Shown: positions 9,226-20,981, counted from the first letter of the stretch. The stretch is DNA of 64,000 nt from Halodesulfurarchaeum sp. (GCA_034520565.1 JAXHNL010000002.1:1632001-1696000); one strand, 5' to 3'. Made by a program: numbers and translations. Notes: a model not told the origin generated them from the letters alone.

Positions 9226-10641
9226 TCAGGGGATATCGCCATTTGCTTCGAGCGCCCGCTGCAATCGTGACCTGATCTCCTCGGCCACAATCGTTTCCAT
9301 CTCGTCCCCGTCCATCTCCGTGTCGACCACCTCGAAGCTGTCGAGTGGAATCTGAGCCCCCGCCATCTGTTCGTGACCGCCGGCACTCCCGATTTCGTCG
9401 AAGGCGCGACGGAACACGGCCCCGAGATCGATCGACCCGCCTTTGGCACGGCCCGAGAGGTGAACCGTCTCATCGGTATAGCCGTAGACGACCGTGATCG
9501 AAATGGCTTCGAGGCCCAGCAACCGGTCTGCAGCCTGGGCGAGGGAATCACGGGAGTTCACCGCCCCGACGAAGCTCGTCAGCACCGACCCGTCGACCGT
9601 CCGATTCCCGATCGCTCGGCCGATCGTCTCCAGGGTCGAATGACTGAGTGACGGGCTTTCGACCAACTCCAGAAGATCCAGATCGGCGTGTGGGAGCAAC
9701 CAGGCAGCCGCTTCGAAGTCCTTTGCGGTGGTTTCACGCCCGAAGTCCCGCGTATCGACCCTGATTCCGTAAAGTAACCCCGTAGCCACGTCCTTTGTGA
9801 CGTCGATGTCGAAGTCCTCGAGGTAGTCCACGAAAAGGGTACACGTCGCCCCCACGGCCGACCTAATATCCACGAAATCGGCCGCACAGTCCTCCGGCGT
9901 CGGATGGTGATCGATCACGATATCGACGGGCATCCCCTCCGGAAGTTGGTTGTTGATCCCCGGCCGGGAGTGATCGACGAGCGCGAGATGGTCTCCCCCG
10001 ATATCCGCCGGCCGTTCGAGCTGTCGGAGGTCCACGTCGAGCAGGTTCACGAAGGCCCGGTTTTCCTGGTGATTGATATCGCCGAAGTAACAGATTTCGG
10101 CATCGACGTCGAACCGACTCGCGATCGATCGCAACGCCAGTGCGGCACCGAGCGCGTCCGGGTCGGGATTGTCGTGGGTGCAGATCTCGAGTGTCCCGTC
10201 CATTCCCTCGAGAGTCTCGCGAAGCGCCGACGCTCTACTGGCACGTGAATCGGTTCGTTTCGAGTCGATGGCATCGAGAACCATTGCACCCGGAGAAACG
10301 ACGCGATCGACGACCGAGGGCGCTTGCTGTACGTTTCCGGTTTCGCCCGGGAGCGAGAGCAAATACGCGTCCGGAAACACCTGCCTGACAGCATCGGCCG
10401 TCTTCGTTGCTCGATTGCGATCGTCGGTCAATACGACCACGACGTCCGGATCGAACCCCGTCCGTTTCAGGACTGCCGGGTCCGTACTGTCGCCCGTTTC
10501 TGCAGTCACGGAGAGATCCCGCAGGTGCTCGACACGCCCTTCGTCGTGGTCGAGCACGAATAGTCGACCTGGCCAGTCCCGAAGGGTTCTGGCGATCGAG
10601 AGACAGAGGTCCCCACAGCCCAGGACGAGCCGGTCGACCAT
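9226..10641 (-). CDS. DHH family phosphoesterase with N-terminal TrkA-N/RCK domain
   Basis: LVLGCGD Rossmann start; HDNPDPDA, LVDH, IDHH, AGGH. Confidence 0.9.
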   Translation of the reverse strand: MVDRLVLGCGDLCLSIARTLRDWPGRLFVLDHDEGRVEHLRDLSVTAETGDSTDPAVLKRTGFDPDVVVVLTDDRNRATKTADAVRQVFPDAYLLSLPGETGNVQQAPSVVDRVVSPGAMVLDAIDSKRTDSRASRASALRETLEGMDGTLEICTHDNPDPDALGAALALRSIASRFDVDAEICYFGDINHQENRAFVNLLDVDLRQLERPADIGGDHLALVDHSRPGINNQLPEGMPVDIVIDHHPTPEDCAADFVDIRSAVGATCTLFVDYLEDFDIDVTKDVATGLLYGIRVDTRDFGRETTAKDFEAAAWLLPHADLDLLELVESPSLSHSTLETIGRAIGNRTVDGSVLTSFVGAVNSRDSLAQAADRLLGLEAISITVVYGYTDETVHLSGRAKGGSIDLGAVFRRAFDEIGSAGGHEQMAGAQIPLDSFEVVDTEMDGDEMETIVAEEIRSRLQRALEANGDIP

Positions 10642-10687
10642 ACGCGCGAACGTGGAACGCGAACGGATAAAAGCGGTTCCCTCTCGA

Positions 10688-12190
10688 TCAGACCCCGCCT
10701 TCGAGCAGGAGCGACGCGGCCGAGATCGCCGTTTCGGCCACGGGGTCGAAGGCAAAGAGCAGGGCGACAGTGACGACGGCCGCGCCGATCACGGCCACGT
10801 ACATGCCCGTCGGCGTCGGACCGAGGTCGAGAGAGTCGTCCGGATCCTCGATCCAGAGGGACTTCACGACACGGCTGTAGTAATACAGCGACAGGGCGCT
10901 GTTGATGGCGGCGATGCCGGCCAGCCACCAGAACCCGGCCTGGACCGTCCCGGCAAAGAGGACGTACTTCGAGAGGAAGCCGCCCCCGACCGGCAGGCCC
11001 GCGAGGCTGAACATGAACACGGTCATCGCCACGCTCACGTAGGGAGCCTGGCGAGCGAGTCCGTTGTAGTCCTCGAAGGTGCGGCCGACGTTCCACTTCT
11101 CGGCGAGTGCCACGAAGAGGAACGCTCCGGTGTTCATGAAGCCATAGACCAGCAGGTGCATCATCGCCGCACCGAGGACCAGCGCCTGGGTGCCGACGTC
11201 ACCGGGACCGGCCAGGGCGGCCAGCCCGATGAGGACGTAGCCCGCGTGCCCGATCGAGGAGTACGCGAGCATCCGCTTGACGTTCTCCTGGGTTGCCGCG
11301 GCGAAGTTTCCGAGCGTCATCGTGACGATCGCAAGCACCACGAACACCCACCCCCAGGGAACGGTCCCGCCGACCAGATCGAGCGGGAAGCCCTGCACGA
11401 GCACGCGGAAGGCCACGGCGAAGCCGGCGGCCTTCGACGCCGAGGAGATGAACGCCGAGATCGGTGCCGGCGCCCCCTCGTAGGCCTCCGGGGCCCAGAA
11501 GTGGAACGGAACGCTCGCGGTCTTGAAGAGGAACCCACCGATCAGCATTACCAGCCCGAGTCCGAGCAGGCCGTCGAGCCCCGCGAGTCCGCCCTGGAGT
11601 GCTTCGGCAATACCGCTCAGGTGGAGTGTTCCCGTCGCACCGTAGACCAGGCTGATTCCGTAGACCATCACCGCCGAGGACAGCGCGCCGATGAGGAAGT
11701 ACTTCAGCCCGGCCTCGACGCTTCCCTCGTTGTGCTTGAGGTAGGCCACGAGCCCATAGGAGGGCAGCGAGGCCAACTCGAGACTCACGAAGAGCGCCGC
11801 GAGATTGTTCGAGACGGCCATCAGGCTCATCCCGAGTGCGGCAAGCGCGACGAGCGAGTAGTACTCGGCGATCGCTTCGGAGCCCTGCAAGTAGTCGTAG
11901 CTCGCGATCACGACGAGCGTGGCCACGCTTCCGAAGATGAACGTGAAGAACAGGCTCATCCCGTCCACGACGAGCATCCCGGCGAACAGCTCCGGGACGG
12001 TGGCACCAGCGCCGGTGCCGGCGGCAAGGAACCACGCGCTGACCAGTGCGACGAGCGCCGAACCCACCCCGGCGATGCCGGTGAGCAGGTCAGGTCGCTT
12101 CGATTTCGGGAAGACCGTGTCGGCCAACAGGAGCGCGATCGCGGTGATCGCGAAGAGGTACTGCGGCGTGAGATGTGGCAACGTCGTCAT
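10688..12190 (-). CDS. nuoN: complex I-like subunit N
   Basis: EAGLKYF, FKTASVPFHFWAPEAYEGAP, KRMLAYSSI. Confidence 0.95.
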   Translation of the reverse strand: MTTLPHLTPQYLFAITAIALLLADTVFPKSKRPDLLTGIAGVGSALVALVSAWFLAAGTGAGATVPELFAGMLVVDGMSLFFTFIFGSVATLVVIASYDYLQGSEAIAEYYSLVALAALGMSLMAVSNNLAALFVSLELASLPSYGLVAYLKHNEGSVEAGLKYFLIGALSSAVMVYGISLVYGATGTLHLSGIAEALQGGLAGLDGLLGLGLVMLIGGFLFKTASVPFHFWAPEAYEGAPAPISAFISSASKAAGFAVAFRVLVQGFPLDLVGGTVPWGWVFVVLAIVTMTLGNFAAATQENVKRMLAYSSIGHAGYVLIGLAALAGPGDVGTQALVLGAAMMHLLVYGFMNTGAFLFVALAEKWNVGRTFEDYNGLARQAPYVSVAMTVFMFSLAGLPVGGGFLSKYVLFAGTVQAGFWWLAGIAAINSALSLYYYSRVVKSLWIEDPDDSLDLGPTPTGMYVAVIGAAVVTVALLFAFDPVAETAISAASLLLEGGV

Positions 12191-13722
12191 TTAGAGACCA
12201 CCTCCGATTGTGAGGATCGGCTGCACTGCATCCTGGATCATCCCGTAGATCAGATCCGGCGCGGTGCCAAGCAGGATCACGAACAGCAGGAGGACCACGA
12301 TCGACACCCGGTCGGTGACGGCCGCCGGGACGATCTCGTGGTCGGTATCGGCCACGAACGGGCCGAAGAGCACCCGCTGCATCGCGAGAAGCAGGTAGCC
12401 GGCCACGATCACGATACCGAACATCGCAACCGCGGTGAACACCTGTGCGTACGGGAGGATCGTCGACTGCATCCCGCCCAGGAAGATGTACAACTCCCCG
12501 GCGAAGCCGGCCATCAGCGGCAAGCCCATGTACCCGAAGGCAGCCGCGGTGAAGACCGTCGCAGTCAAGGGCATCCGGTCGGCGATCCCCGAGAGGTCAC
12601 CCACCATGCGCGTGTGGGCGACGTTGTAGATCACGCCGACGGACATGAACATCAGCCCCGAGATGAGCCCGTGGGCGACCATCTGGAAGGTCGCACCGCC
12701 GAGCCCGTAGAGGTTGTACGCCACGAGTCCGATGAGCACATAGCCCATCGAGGAGATCGAGGAGTACGCCACGATCCGCTTGAGGTCCTGCTGGGCCAGC
12801 GCCAGCATCGCCCCGTAGATCACGCTGATGACCGCGAAAATGGCGATCGGAATCGCGAAGCTCTGATCGCCTGGTCGGGCAGCATCGTGAAGTTGAACCG
12901 CAACAGTGCGTAGGTCCCCATCTTCAGGAGGACGCCGGCCAGGATCACCGACACTGGAGTCGGCGCCTCGACGTGGGCGTCCGGCAGCCACGTGTGGAAC
13001 GGGACCATCGGGACCTTGACGGCAAAGCCGGCGAACATGGCGATGAAGGCCACCGCCTTCAGCGTGCCAGCTTCGATACCGGCGAGCGAGCCGAGTTCAC
13101 CTGCGTGCAGCGCCTGTGTGATTTCCGGCAGCCCGAGGGAGGTGATGCTGTCCCCCAGACCGAACACCAGTGCGATGAACCCGATGAACATCACCAGGCT
13201 CGCCACGTTGGTGTACACGAAGAACTTGATCGCTGCGTACTTCCGTCGCGGACCACCCCAGATGGCGATCAGGAAGTACATCGGCACCAGCACGAACTCC
13301 CAGGCGACGAACCATGCGAGGAAGTCGAGTGCGGTGAAGACGCCGATCAGGCTCGCCTCCATGAACAGCATTAGCCCGTAGAACTGGGACTGGCGCTCGT
13401 CGATGGGCGTCCACGCCGAGAGAATGGCGAGGCTCATCAGGAGCGTGGTCAAGACCACCAGGGCAAGCGAGATGCCGTCCACCCCGACGTGATAACCAAC
13501 CGTGATGTCGCCGAGACTGATCCAGTCTGCCTGGGTTTGATACGCGATATCGCCGCCCAACAGGGCGTTCCCCGAACCGTCAAAGCCCAGGTACATGAGC
13601 AGGGCCCCGGTGAGGGGCAACAGGCTCAGTCCGAAGGCCAGGCGACCGGCGATCTCTTCGTCTGCGAACATGACCGCGACGGCGCTTGCCACCGTCACGA
13701 GGAGCAGTGCCTCGATCATCAT
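12191..13722 (-). CDS. nuoM: complex I-like subunit M, apparent frameshift near 12865
   Basis: ORF 12820-13722 (WEFVLVPMY, KVPMVPFHTWLPDAHVEAP) continues in ORF 12191-12991 (DLKRIVAYSS, AHGL). Confidence 0.9.
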
Positions 13723-15778
13723 TTAGAACCACCCCCCGACGAGTGCGACGACCAGAATGATGACGACCAGCCCCAGCGTGAGCATGGCGGCGTAGTTGGT
13801 CACCCGACCGGTCTGCAGTCGACGGATGCGCGAGCCCGAGAGCAGGGCCAGACTCGAGATGGCGTTGACGACGCCGTCGATGATGCCCTGGTCGAACTTG
13901 TCGGCGACCTTCGCGATCGGCATCGTGAGGCCTTCCGCGAGCCAGACCTGGTACTCGTCCTGGTAGTAGTTGTTGTAAAGCAGGGTCTTGATCGATCCCA
14001 GCTTGTCCGTGTGACGGGTCGGCGACGGACCCCGGTACAGGAACCAGGCCGCTCCGGCCCCCGTGAGCGCCAACCCGAGCGAGAGGGCAGCCGGGAGGAA
14101 CGGAGCGAGATCCGCCGCGTGGAAGCCAGCGACGGCCTCCAACAGGTGGTGATACTCGCCGTAGGTCACCTGTTCGATGCCGGCTTCGAACCAGTGATGG
14201 AGATACGTGATGTCGGCCCCGGTCAGTGCTTTGACCGGTGCCATGTTGACGAACCCGACCGTCGCAGCCAGAATTCCGAGTACCACGAGCGGGAACTTCA
14301 CGTTCCAGCGGACGCCGTGTGGGTCCTCGGCCGTCTCGGTTCGGGCGTCACCGTGGAAGGTCAGGATGACCATCCGGAACGTGTAGAAGCCGGTGAAGAG
14401 GACGGCTACGAGCCCCATCGCGTACGCGAGAAGGATCAACGGCTGGCCGCCGAGTCCGTAAATCAGTGCCTCGTAGAGCACCTCGTCCTTCGACCAGAAC
14501 CCAGCGAAGGGGAAGATGCCCGCGAGCGCAAGCGACCCGGACAGGAACGTCCAGTAGGTCACGGGCATCTTCTTCTTGAGACCGCCCATGTCCCACATGT
14601 TCTCGTTGTGATGCATCGCGATGATGACCGCCCCGGCACCCAGGAACAGGAGTGCTTTGAAGATCGCATGTGTCATCAGGTGGAAGGTCGCGGCGATGTA
14701 CCCACCGGCCCCCAGCGCGAGCATCATATACCCGTACTGGGAGATGGTGGAGTACGCGAGCACCTGCTTGATCTCCCGTTTGACCAGTGCCATCGTCGCG
14801 GCCATCAACGCCGTGAAGCCACCGACGAGCGCGATCAGCGCCAGCACCTGCGGAAGCTGGGCGTAGAAACCGTACATCCGCATGACGAGGTACACACCGG
14901 CGGCGACCATCGTCGCGGCGTGGATGAGCGCCGAAACCGGGGTCGGGCCCTCCATCGCGTCGGGGAGCCAGGTGTGTAGCGGGAACTGTGCGGACTTCCC
15001 GATCACGCCACCCAGGACGAGGAGGCCCATGATTGCAAACCAGGTCTGGGCGTCGAGCCCGATCGTGGCGAGGAAGTTCGACACCTGTGCCGGCATCTCG
15101 CCACCGAGAGCTTCCGTCGCGAGTTGCGGGAAGCCGAGTTCGTCGCCACGGGGGGCGAACAGGCCGGTGCCGAAGGTGGCGAAGATGGCCACCACGCCGA
15201 TCAGGAAGAAGTAATCCCCGAAGCGGGTGACCAGGAAGGCCTTCTTGGCCGCACTCGGTGGGCCCGGCTCCCGGAACCAGAAGCCGATGAGGAGCCAGGA
15301 GCAGAGTCCGACCAGCTCGAAGAACATGAAGGCCATCAGGATGTTCGAGGCCATCACGAAGGCGAGCATCGAGAACGTGAACAGGCCGAGTCCGGCGTAG
15401 TACCGGGGCAGGCCCGTCTCGCCCTCGTCGTTCATGTACCCGAGGCTGAACACGTGCACGAGGAAGCTGATGAGTGCGACGATCACCAGCATGTAGCGAG
15501 GACAGCGGATCTATCAGGATCCCGAAGGAGAGATCGAAGGTCTCCCCGGCCATCCCCGTCGTCCACGTGTAGATCTCTTCGTTGTACGTCGCGTTTCCAC
15601 TGACGGTGACCAGAAGCCACCCGGACAAGAGCAGCGATCCGGCCGTTGCCAGAATCCCCGGGATCGCGCCGCCCTTCGGCAGCAGCCGCGGGGTGAAATA
15701 CCCCGCGAGGATCGCGACCACGAAGGAGGCAAACGGGAGCATCGGAATCGCCGCGGCGAAGTCGAATGCACCTACCAT
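13723..15778 (-). CDS. nuoL: complex I-like subunit L, apparent frameshift near 15494
   Basis: N-terminus in ORF 14348-15778 (to IDPLSSL), remainder in 13723-15492 (GKSAQFPLHTWLPDAMEGPTPVSALIHAATMV). Confidence 0.9.
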
Positions 15779-15779
15779 C

Positions 15780-16085
15780 TTACCACCTCATCGTATTCGG
15801 CTCGGTCACGTCCACGTCCCTGAAGTTGCGGAACAGGATCAGGATGATCCCGATCCCAACGGCCACTTCCGCGGCCGCCAGGGCGAGGACGAACAGGCTA
15901 AACGTCTGTCCGGTCAGGTTGCCCCACTGGGCCGAGAACGCGACCAGGTTGACGTTGGCCGCGTTGAGCATCAACTCGACCGACATGAGGAACCTGAGCG
16001 CGTTCCGACGGGTGAGCAGCCCGAACACGCCGATGCTGAACATCGCGGCCGAAAGCAGGACGTAGTACTGGGTTTCGACGACCAT
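15780..16085 (-). CDS. nuoK: complex I-like subunit K
   Basis: RRNALRFLMSVELMLNAAN, AAAEVAVG. Confidence 0.95.
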   Translation of the reverse strand: MVVETQYYVLLSAAMFSIGVFGLLTRRNALRFLMSVELMLNAANVNLVAFSAQWGNLTGQTFSLFVLALAAAEVAVGIGIILILFRNFRDVDVTEPNTMRW

Positions 16086-16384
16086 CAGTCCTCACCTCCG
16101 TCGCGTCGGGCGAGCATCACGGCAGCCCCGAGGGCCGCGTCGAGGACGAACGCCACCGCGAAGAAGGGCAGCAGGAAGCCCTCGCTCGCCACCATCGGAG
16201 CCCCCCGTTCGAGGTTGAACAGGGCATAGCCCATGCTTTTCGTGATCGCTGCGCCCGGTTCGAATCCCACGGCCGGCTCGAAGGTCGCCGTCAGAATCGC
16301 CACGGCCATCATGGCGAAGAGGGCGAGTGCGGCCAGACCGGGGAGAACGTCGACGTTTCGGGACAGTTCGGGTTTCGTCGTCAT
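16085..16384 (-). CDS. nuoJ2: complex I-like subunit J, C-terminal half (J2)
   Basis: hydrophobic 99 aa ending FLLPFFAVAFVLDAALGAAVMLARR; position between J1 and K. Confidence 0.85.
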   Translation of the reverse strand: MTTKPELSRNVDVLPGLAALALFAMMAVAILTATFEPAVGFEPGAAITKSMGYALFNLERGAPMVASEGFLLPFFAVAFVLDAALGAAVMLARRDGGED

Positions 16385-16635
16385 TGGCCGACACCTCCTG
16401 GATCGCGGGTGAGCATGACCGCAAAGGCGATCAGGATCAGCACCCCACCGACGTACACGAGTACCTGCACGGCCGCGAGGAAAGCGGCCTCGAGCAGGAG
16501 GAAGTGAACGGCGACACTGAGCAACGCTGCACCGAGGAACAGGGCGGAGTGCCACACGTCCTCGACGAGCACGACGCCGAGACTACTTGCCAGCGTCACC
16601 AGTGCGAACAGGGCAAAGGCGAGTGTCTCGATCAT
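16381..16635 (-). CDS. nuoJ1: complex I-like subunit J, N-terminal half (J1)
   Basis: HSALFL...AAFLAAVQVLVYVGGVLILIAFAVML. Confidence 0.9.
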   Translation of the reverse strand: MIETLAFALFALVTLASSLGVVLVEDVWHSALFLGAALLSVAVHFLLLEAAFLAAVQVLVYVGGVLILIAFAVMLTRDPGGVGQ

Positions 16636-16657
16636 TGGATCCACCTCCGTGAGCCGC

Positions 16658-17119
16658 TCATTGGTAATCCACCTCGCCGTCACCCTCGCCGACCCACGCT
16701 TCACGGTCGGATTCGCGTGCTTGCACCGGATCCATCTCTTTGTACCACGGCACGTTTTTCAGCTGTTCCTTGTTGAACGCCAGATCGTGTTTCGTATCGC
16801 CCGTGAACTCGAAGTTCTCGGTGAGAAGGATCGCCTCGGTGGGACAGACTTCCTCACAGAGCCGGCAGTAGATGCACTGTCCGACGTGGAGGTTGTACTG
16901 TTCCCCGTTGCGGTCCTCGTCCATCACGATCTGGATCGTGTCGTTCGGGCACACCGTTTCGCACTGGCGACACCAGATACACCGCTCCTGGCTCCACTTG
17001 TGGACGCCCCTGAACCGGGGGCTAACTTCTGGAGCCTGGTCGGGATACTCGACGGTGAACGTCTCGCCGTCGAGTGCGTGCTTCATCGTCGTCGCGAGGG
17101 ATTTGAGTACGCCTATCAT
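16658..17119 (-). CDS. nuoI: complex I-like subunit I (two 4Fe-4S clusters)
   Basis: CIWCRQCETVCP and CIYCRLCEEVCP. Confidence 0.95.
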   Translation of the reverse strand: MIGVLKSLATTMKHALDGETFTVEYPDQAPEVSPRFRGVHKWSQERCIWCRQCETVCPNDTIQIVMDEDRNGEQYNLHVGQCIYCRLCEEVCPTEAILLTENFEFTGDTKHDLAFNKEQLKNVPWYKEMDPVQARESDREAWVGEGDGEVDYQ

Positions 17120-18180
17120 GCGATCACCCCGATGATAACAGCCGTCAGAAGCAAGTTCACGAAGGAAAGACCCAGCATCCCTTTCCAGCCGATATCGAGC
17201 AGCTGGTCGGGCCGGACCCGTGGAACGCCGGAGCGGGCCCACTGGGTGAAGAAGAACACACCCCAGACTTTCGCGACGAACCACACCACGCCGGGGATGA
17301 AATCAAGCGCCGAGATCGGGGCGGTCGGGCCGCCCAGGAACAGGGTCGTGATGATGGCCCCGCCCAGGAAGATGTGGAGGAACTCTCCGAGGTAGAACAG
17401 CACGAAATACACCGAGGAATACTCGGTCTGATACCCGGCGACGAGGTCGTTCGGCGCCTCCGGCAGGTCGAAGGGATTCCGGCCGATCTCCGCCATGTTC
17501 GCGACCATGAAGAGTGCGAACGCGAACGGGTTCACGAACCCGAACCATGCGGGCACGGCCAGACCGCCGATCGAGAAGAGTTCTGCTGACTGGACCGCGA
17601 CGATGTCGGAGATGCGAAGCGAGCCCGCGAACAACACCACGGAGGCACCCGTCAACACGAGCGGAATCTCGTAGGCGATGTTCTGGGAAACTCCACGCAA
17701 TCCGCCGAGCATCGAGTACTTGTTGTTCGAGGCATAGGCCCCGGAAACGATCCCGAGGGATGCGATCGAAGAGACCGCAAAGAGGTAGACGAAGCCGACT
17801 TGCGGGTCGGCCAGGTGGATGCCGCTCCCGAACGGAATCACGGCAAAGCCCATCGTCGCCGAAACGACGACCAGCATCGGTCCGAGGTCCCACGCCGGCC
17901 GATCGACGTTCTCCGGAACGATGCGCTCCTTGGTCAACAGCCGGATCGCGTCGACGGCGATCGTGAGAATGCCGTAGGGACCGACCCGATCGACTGCGAT
18001 CCGGTCAGTGAACGCGGCGGTCAGTTTCCGCTTCATGTACGGACCGGCCAGCGCCGCGAACAGCAGGACGATCACCGCGACGAGGAGCGATCCCAGCAGA
18101 CCGCCGACGATCTCGCCGAGCAGGCCTTCGAGGTTGAGGAATCCCGAGATCCCGTCAACCATCGGTGCTGCAGAGGACAT
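17116..18180 (-). CDS. nuoH: complex I-like subunit H
   Basis: RVGPYG, SNNKYSMLGGLR, RNPFDLPEA, GYQTEYS, PRVRPDQ. Confidence 0.95.
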   Translation of the reverse strand: MSSAAPMVDGISGFLNLEGLLGEIVGGLLGSLLVAVIVLLFAALAGPYMKRKLTAAFTDRIAVDRVGPYGILTIAVDAIRLLTKERIVPENVDRPAWDLGPMLVVVSATMGFAVIPFGSGIHLADPQVGFVYLFAVSSIASLGIVSGAYASNNKYSMLGGLRGVSQNIAYEIPLVLTGASVVLFAGSLRISDIVAVQSAELFSIGGLAVPAWFGFVNPFAFALFMVANMAEIGRNPFDLPEAPNDLVAGYQTEYSSVYFVLFYLGEFLHIFLGGAIITTLFLGGPTAPISALDFIPGVVWFVAKVWGVFFFTQWARSGVPRVRPDQLLDIGWKGMLGLSFVNLLLTAVIIGVIA

Positions 18181-19877
18181 TACCGGTCCACCTCCGCGAG
18201 CACGATGTCGAGGCTTCCGATGGTTGCCACGAGGTCACTGATGAGTTCGCCCTCGGACATCTCGTGGAGCGAGGAGAGGTTGACGAAACTCGGCCCGCGG
18301 ATCTTGAAGCGGGCGGGTTTGTCCGTCCCGTCCGTGCGGATGTAGATGCCGAGTTCGCCCTTGGCCCCTTCGACGGCGCGGTAGATCTCCTGTCCGGCGT
18401 CGGGTTTGAGGCTGCGGGGAACGTTCGACTGGATCTCCCGGTCGTCCTCTGGCCAGTCCTCGAGGAGGTCCACGCACTGCTCGATGATCTTCGCGGACTC
18501 CTCCACTTCCCGCATGCGGACCATCAGTCGGGCGTAGTTGTCCCCACCCTCGCGGGTGATCACGTCCCAGTCGAGTTCGTCGTAGTACCCGTACGGATCG
18601 TCCCGGCGAAGGTCGTAATCGACCCCGGAAGCGCGCGCAACTGGACCCGTCGCGCCGTAATCCTTGGCGACTTCTGGGGCGAGGTAGCCGGTGTCGACCG
18701 TCCGCATCTGGAAGAGTTCGTTCTGCGTGAGGACGTTGTGATACTCGTCGGTCTTCTCCGGGACGGACTCGAGGAACTGCCGGATCTTCTCGAGGAACTC
18801 CTCCCGCGGCTCCGGCAGGTCCCAGACGACCCCGCCGAGTCGGAGGTAGTTGTACATCATCCGCTGCCCCGAGAGGTCCTCGAGGATATCCATCACGATG
18901 TCACGATCCCGCATCGCGTACATGAACACGGCCGCGAAGTCACCGACGATGTCGAGCCCGAAGGTCGCCACCGCGAGCAGGTGGGCCGAGATGCGGTTGA
19001 GTTCCGCGACCATCGTCCGGATGACCTGTGCGTACTCCGGGACCTCGATATCCGCGAGGTCCTCGGCCGCGCGCGCGTACGCCCACTCGTTGATTATCCC
19101 GGCCGGCGTGTAGTCCCAACGGTCCGGGTAGGGCATGATCTGGTGGCGGAACGTGCTCTTCTCGCACATCTGCTCCTGACACCGGTGCAGATATCCGATG
19201 TCCGGATCGACGTCGGCGACTTGCTCGCCGTCGAGGACGGTCTTCAGGTGGAGGACCCCGTGGGTCGCCGGGTGGTGGGGACCGATGTTGAGGAACATGG
19301 TGTCGAGTTCGTCCTCGATTCCCTCGGCCCGCATGTCCTCCTCGATGGGGTTCTTGTGCTTCTCGAGCGTGACGATCTGTGGCTTGTCCTGGTCGTAGTC
19401 CTTGCTCAACGGGTGGCCCGTCCAGCTCTGTGGCAGGAGGATCCGACGCAGGTCGGGATGGTTCTCGTAGTTGATCCCGACCAGATCGTAGGCTTCCCGC
19501 TCGTGCCAGTTCGCCGTCGAAAACACGTCTGTCGCGCTTTGGTGACTCGGATCGTTTCGCGGCGTCGGAACCACGACGCTCACTTCCGCTTGCGCGTCGT
19601 CGAACTTCCGGAGATGATAGATGGACTCGTAGCGGTCCTCGTAGTCCTGTGCAGTCACGTTCGCCAGGTGATCGAAGCCCTGGTCTTTCAGCGTCGATAA
19701 CGCGTCCGTGACCGCGTCGCCACGGACGACGAATGCCTCCGCGTTGAGGTGGCTTTCGCGATCGACGACGCTGTCACCGAGCAGTTCTTCGAGCGCGTCG
19801 TAGTCGACGGCACCCGCCTCCGCGGTTTCCGCCTCGGGTTCGGTCTCGTCGGCTTCGGGTTCGTCCTGCATGCTCAT
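18180..19877 (-). CDS. nuoCD: complex I-like fused subunit CD
   Basis: WHEREAYDLVGI...HPDLRR (C domain), NIGPHHPATHGVL, GYLHR, GSLDIVLAEVDR (D domain). Confidence 0.95.
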   Translation of the reverse strand: MSMQDEPEADETEPEAETAEAGAVDYDALEELLGDSVVDRESHLNAEAFVVRGDAVTDALSTLKDQGFDHLANVTAQDYEDRYESIYHLRKFDDAQAEVSVVVPTPRNDPSHQSATDVFSTANWHEREAYDLVGINYENHPDLRRILLPQSWTGHPLSKDYDQDKPQIVTLEKHKNPIEEDMRAEGIEDELDTMFLNIGPHHPATHGVLHLKTVLDGEQVADVDPDIGYLHRCQEQMCEKSTFRHQIMPYPDRWDYTPAGIINEWAYARAAEDLADIEVPEYAQVIRTMVAELNRISAHLLAVATFGLDIVGDFAAVFMYAMRDRDIVMDILEDLSGQRMMYNYLRLGGVVWDLPEPREEFLEKIRQFLESVPEKTDEYHNVLTQNELFQMRTVDTGYLAPEVAKDYGATGPVARASGVDYDLRRDDPYGYYDELDWDVITREGGDNYARLMVRMREVEESAKIIEQCVDLLEDWPEDDREIQSNVPRSLKPDAGQEIYRAVEGAKGELGIYIRTDGTDKPARFKIRGPSFVNLSSLHEMSEGELISDLVATIGSLDIVLAEVDR

Positions 19878-20581
19878 GGCGAATCAGCCCAGTTGTACCG
19901 CATGACGAGTGTTTCCTCGTCGATCTCCTTGGCGAGTGACTCCACGACCTCGTCGCGTTCGAGATCGCCGAACTCCTCCAGTTCGTAGGGTTTCACCGTC
20001 ACCGGCGAGGATTCGCCGTTGGCGATCCGCTCCTGGAGTTTCACGATGCCGTACACCAGTGCCTCGGGTCGGGGCGGACACCCGGGAACGTGAATGTCCA
20101 CCGGGATGACCTCTTCGGCCCCTTTCACGACGTTGTACCCCTCCTGGAACGGGCCACCGGAGGCCGAACAGTTGCCCATGTTCACGACGAACTTCGGCTC
20201 GGGCATCTGATCGTAGACCCGCTTCATCCGCGGGGCGAACTTCGAGACGATCGTCCCCGGGACGATCATCACGTCGGCCTGCCGTGGTGAGGCCCGTGGA
20301 ACGCCCGAGTGGAAGCGGTCGAGGTCGTGTTTGACCGAGTAACTGTGCATCATCTCGATGCTGCAGCAGGCGATTCCGAACTGCAGCATGAACATCGAGG
20401 ACCCCCGAGCCCAGTTCATGAACTTATCGAGCTTCGTGAGGATGAACGGGGTCGATCCGAGTGCCTCCCGAAGCCTGGAGTTGAACCGGTCGTCGACGCC
20501 CTCGCCGATCCGGGAATCCTGCGTATCCGTCGACGCGGGCGTCGGTTCGAGGATGTCCTCGCGGGGTTTGTCACTACTCAT
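19874..20581 (-). CDS. nuoB: complex I-like subunit B
   Basis: [24 protein letters not shown]. Confidence 0.95.
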   Translation of the reverse strand: MSSDKPREDILEPTPASTDTQDSRIGEGVDDRFNSRLREALGSTPFILTKLDKFMNWARGSSMFMLQFGIACCSIEMMHSYSVKHDLDRFHSGVPRASPRQADVMIVPGTIVSKFAPRMKRVYDQMPEPKFVVNMGNCSASGGPFQEGYNVVKGAEEVIPVDIHVPGCPPRPEALVYGIVKLQERIANGESSPVTVKPYELEEFGDLERDEVVESLAKEIDEETLVMRYNWADSP

Positions 20582-20981
20582 GTCTCGACATCCTCCGTTC
20601 GTATTTCGGGTTTCGCACCCAGCCGAGTGCGCCGTTGCGCCAGGCCCAGGCCAGGGCAACTATCAGGATGCCGATGAACAGGACCATCGGCCCGAGTGCC
20701 CACAGCAGACCCTCCGTGACGACGATATCCCGGTAGATGGAAGCCCACGGGAATATCAACACGGTCTCGATGTCGAAGACGAGGAACAACAGCGCGACCA
20801 TGTAGTACTGGATGTTGAACCGAACGTGAGTGTTGCCGGTCGGTACTTCCCCACTTTCGTAGGTCGTCCGTTTGCTTTGTTCCGGCACGCTGGGGCGGAG
20901 CAGCATCGATATGCCCATCATTGCCGCGATGATGAGTATCGCGACAACCGCCAACATGCCGACAGCGATCCATGGGTTCAT
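20574..20981 (-). CDS. nuoA: complex I-like subunit A
   Basis: TYESGE, QYYMVALLFLVFDIE; start at MNPWI. Confidence 0.93.
   Translation of the reverse strand: MNPWIAVGMLAVVAILIIAAMMGISMLLRPSVPEQSKRTTYESGEVPTGNTHVRFNIQYYMVALLFLVFDIETVLIFPWASIYRDIVVTEGLLWALGPMVLFIGILIVALAWAWRNGALGWVRNPKYERRMSRHE

Noticed and set aside
10169-12913. 914-aa + strand ORF and other long antisense ORFs (e.g. 21731-23410, 31742-33460)
   Set aside because: Shadow frames of well-supported genes in high-GC DNA, with no motifs
10688-20981. nuo operon lacking nuoEFG, with split nuoJ and fused nuoCD
   Set aside because: This is the normal haloarchaeal complex I-like arrangement
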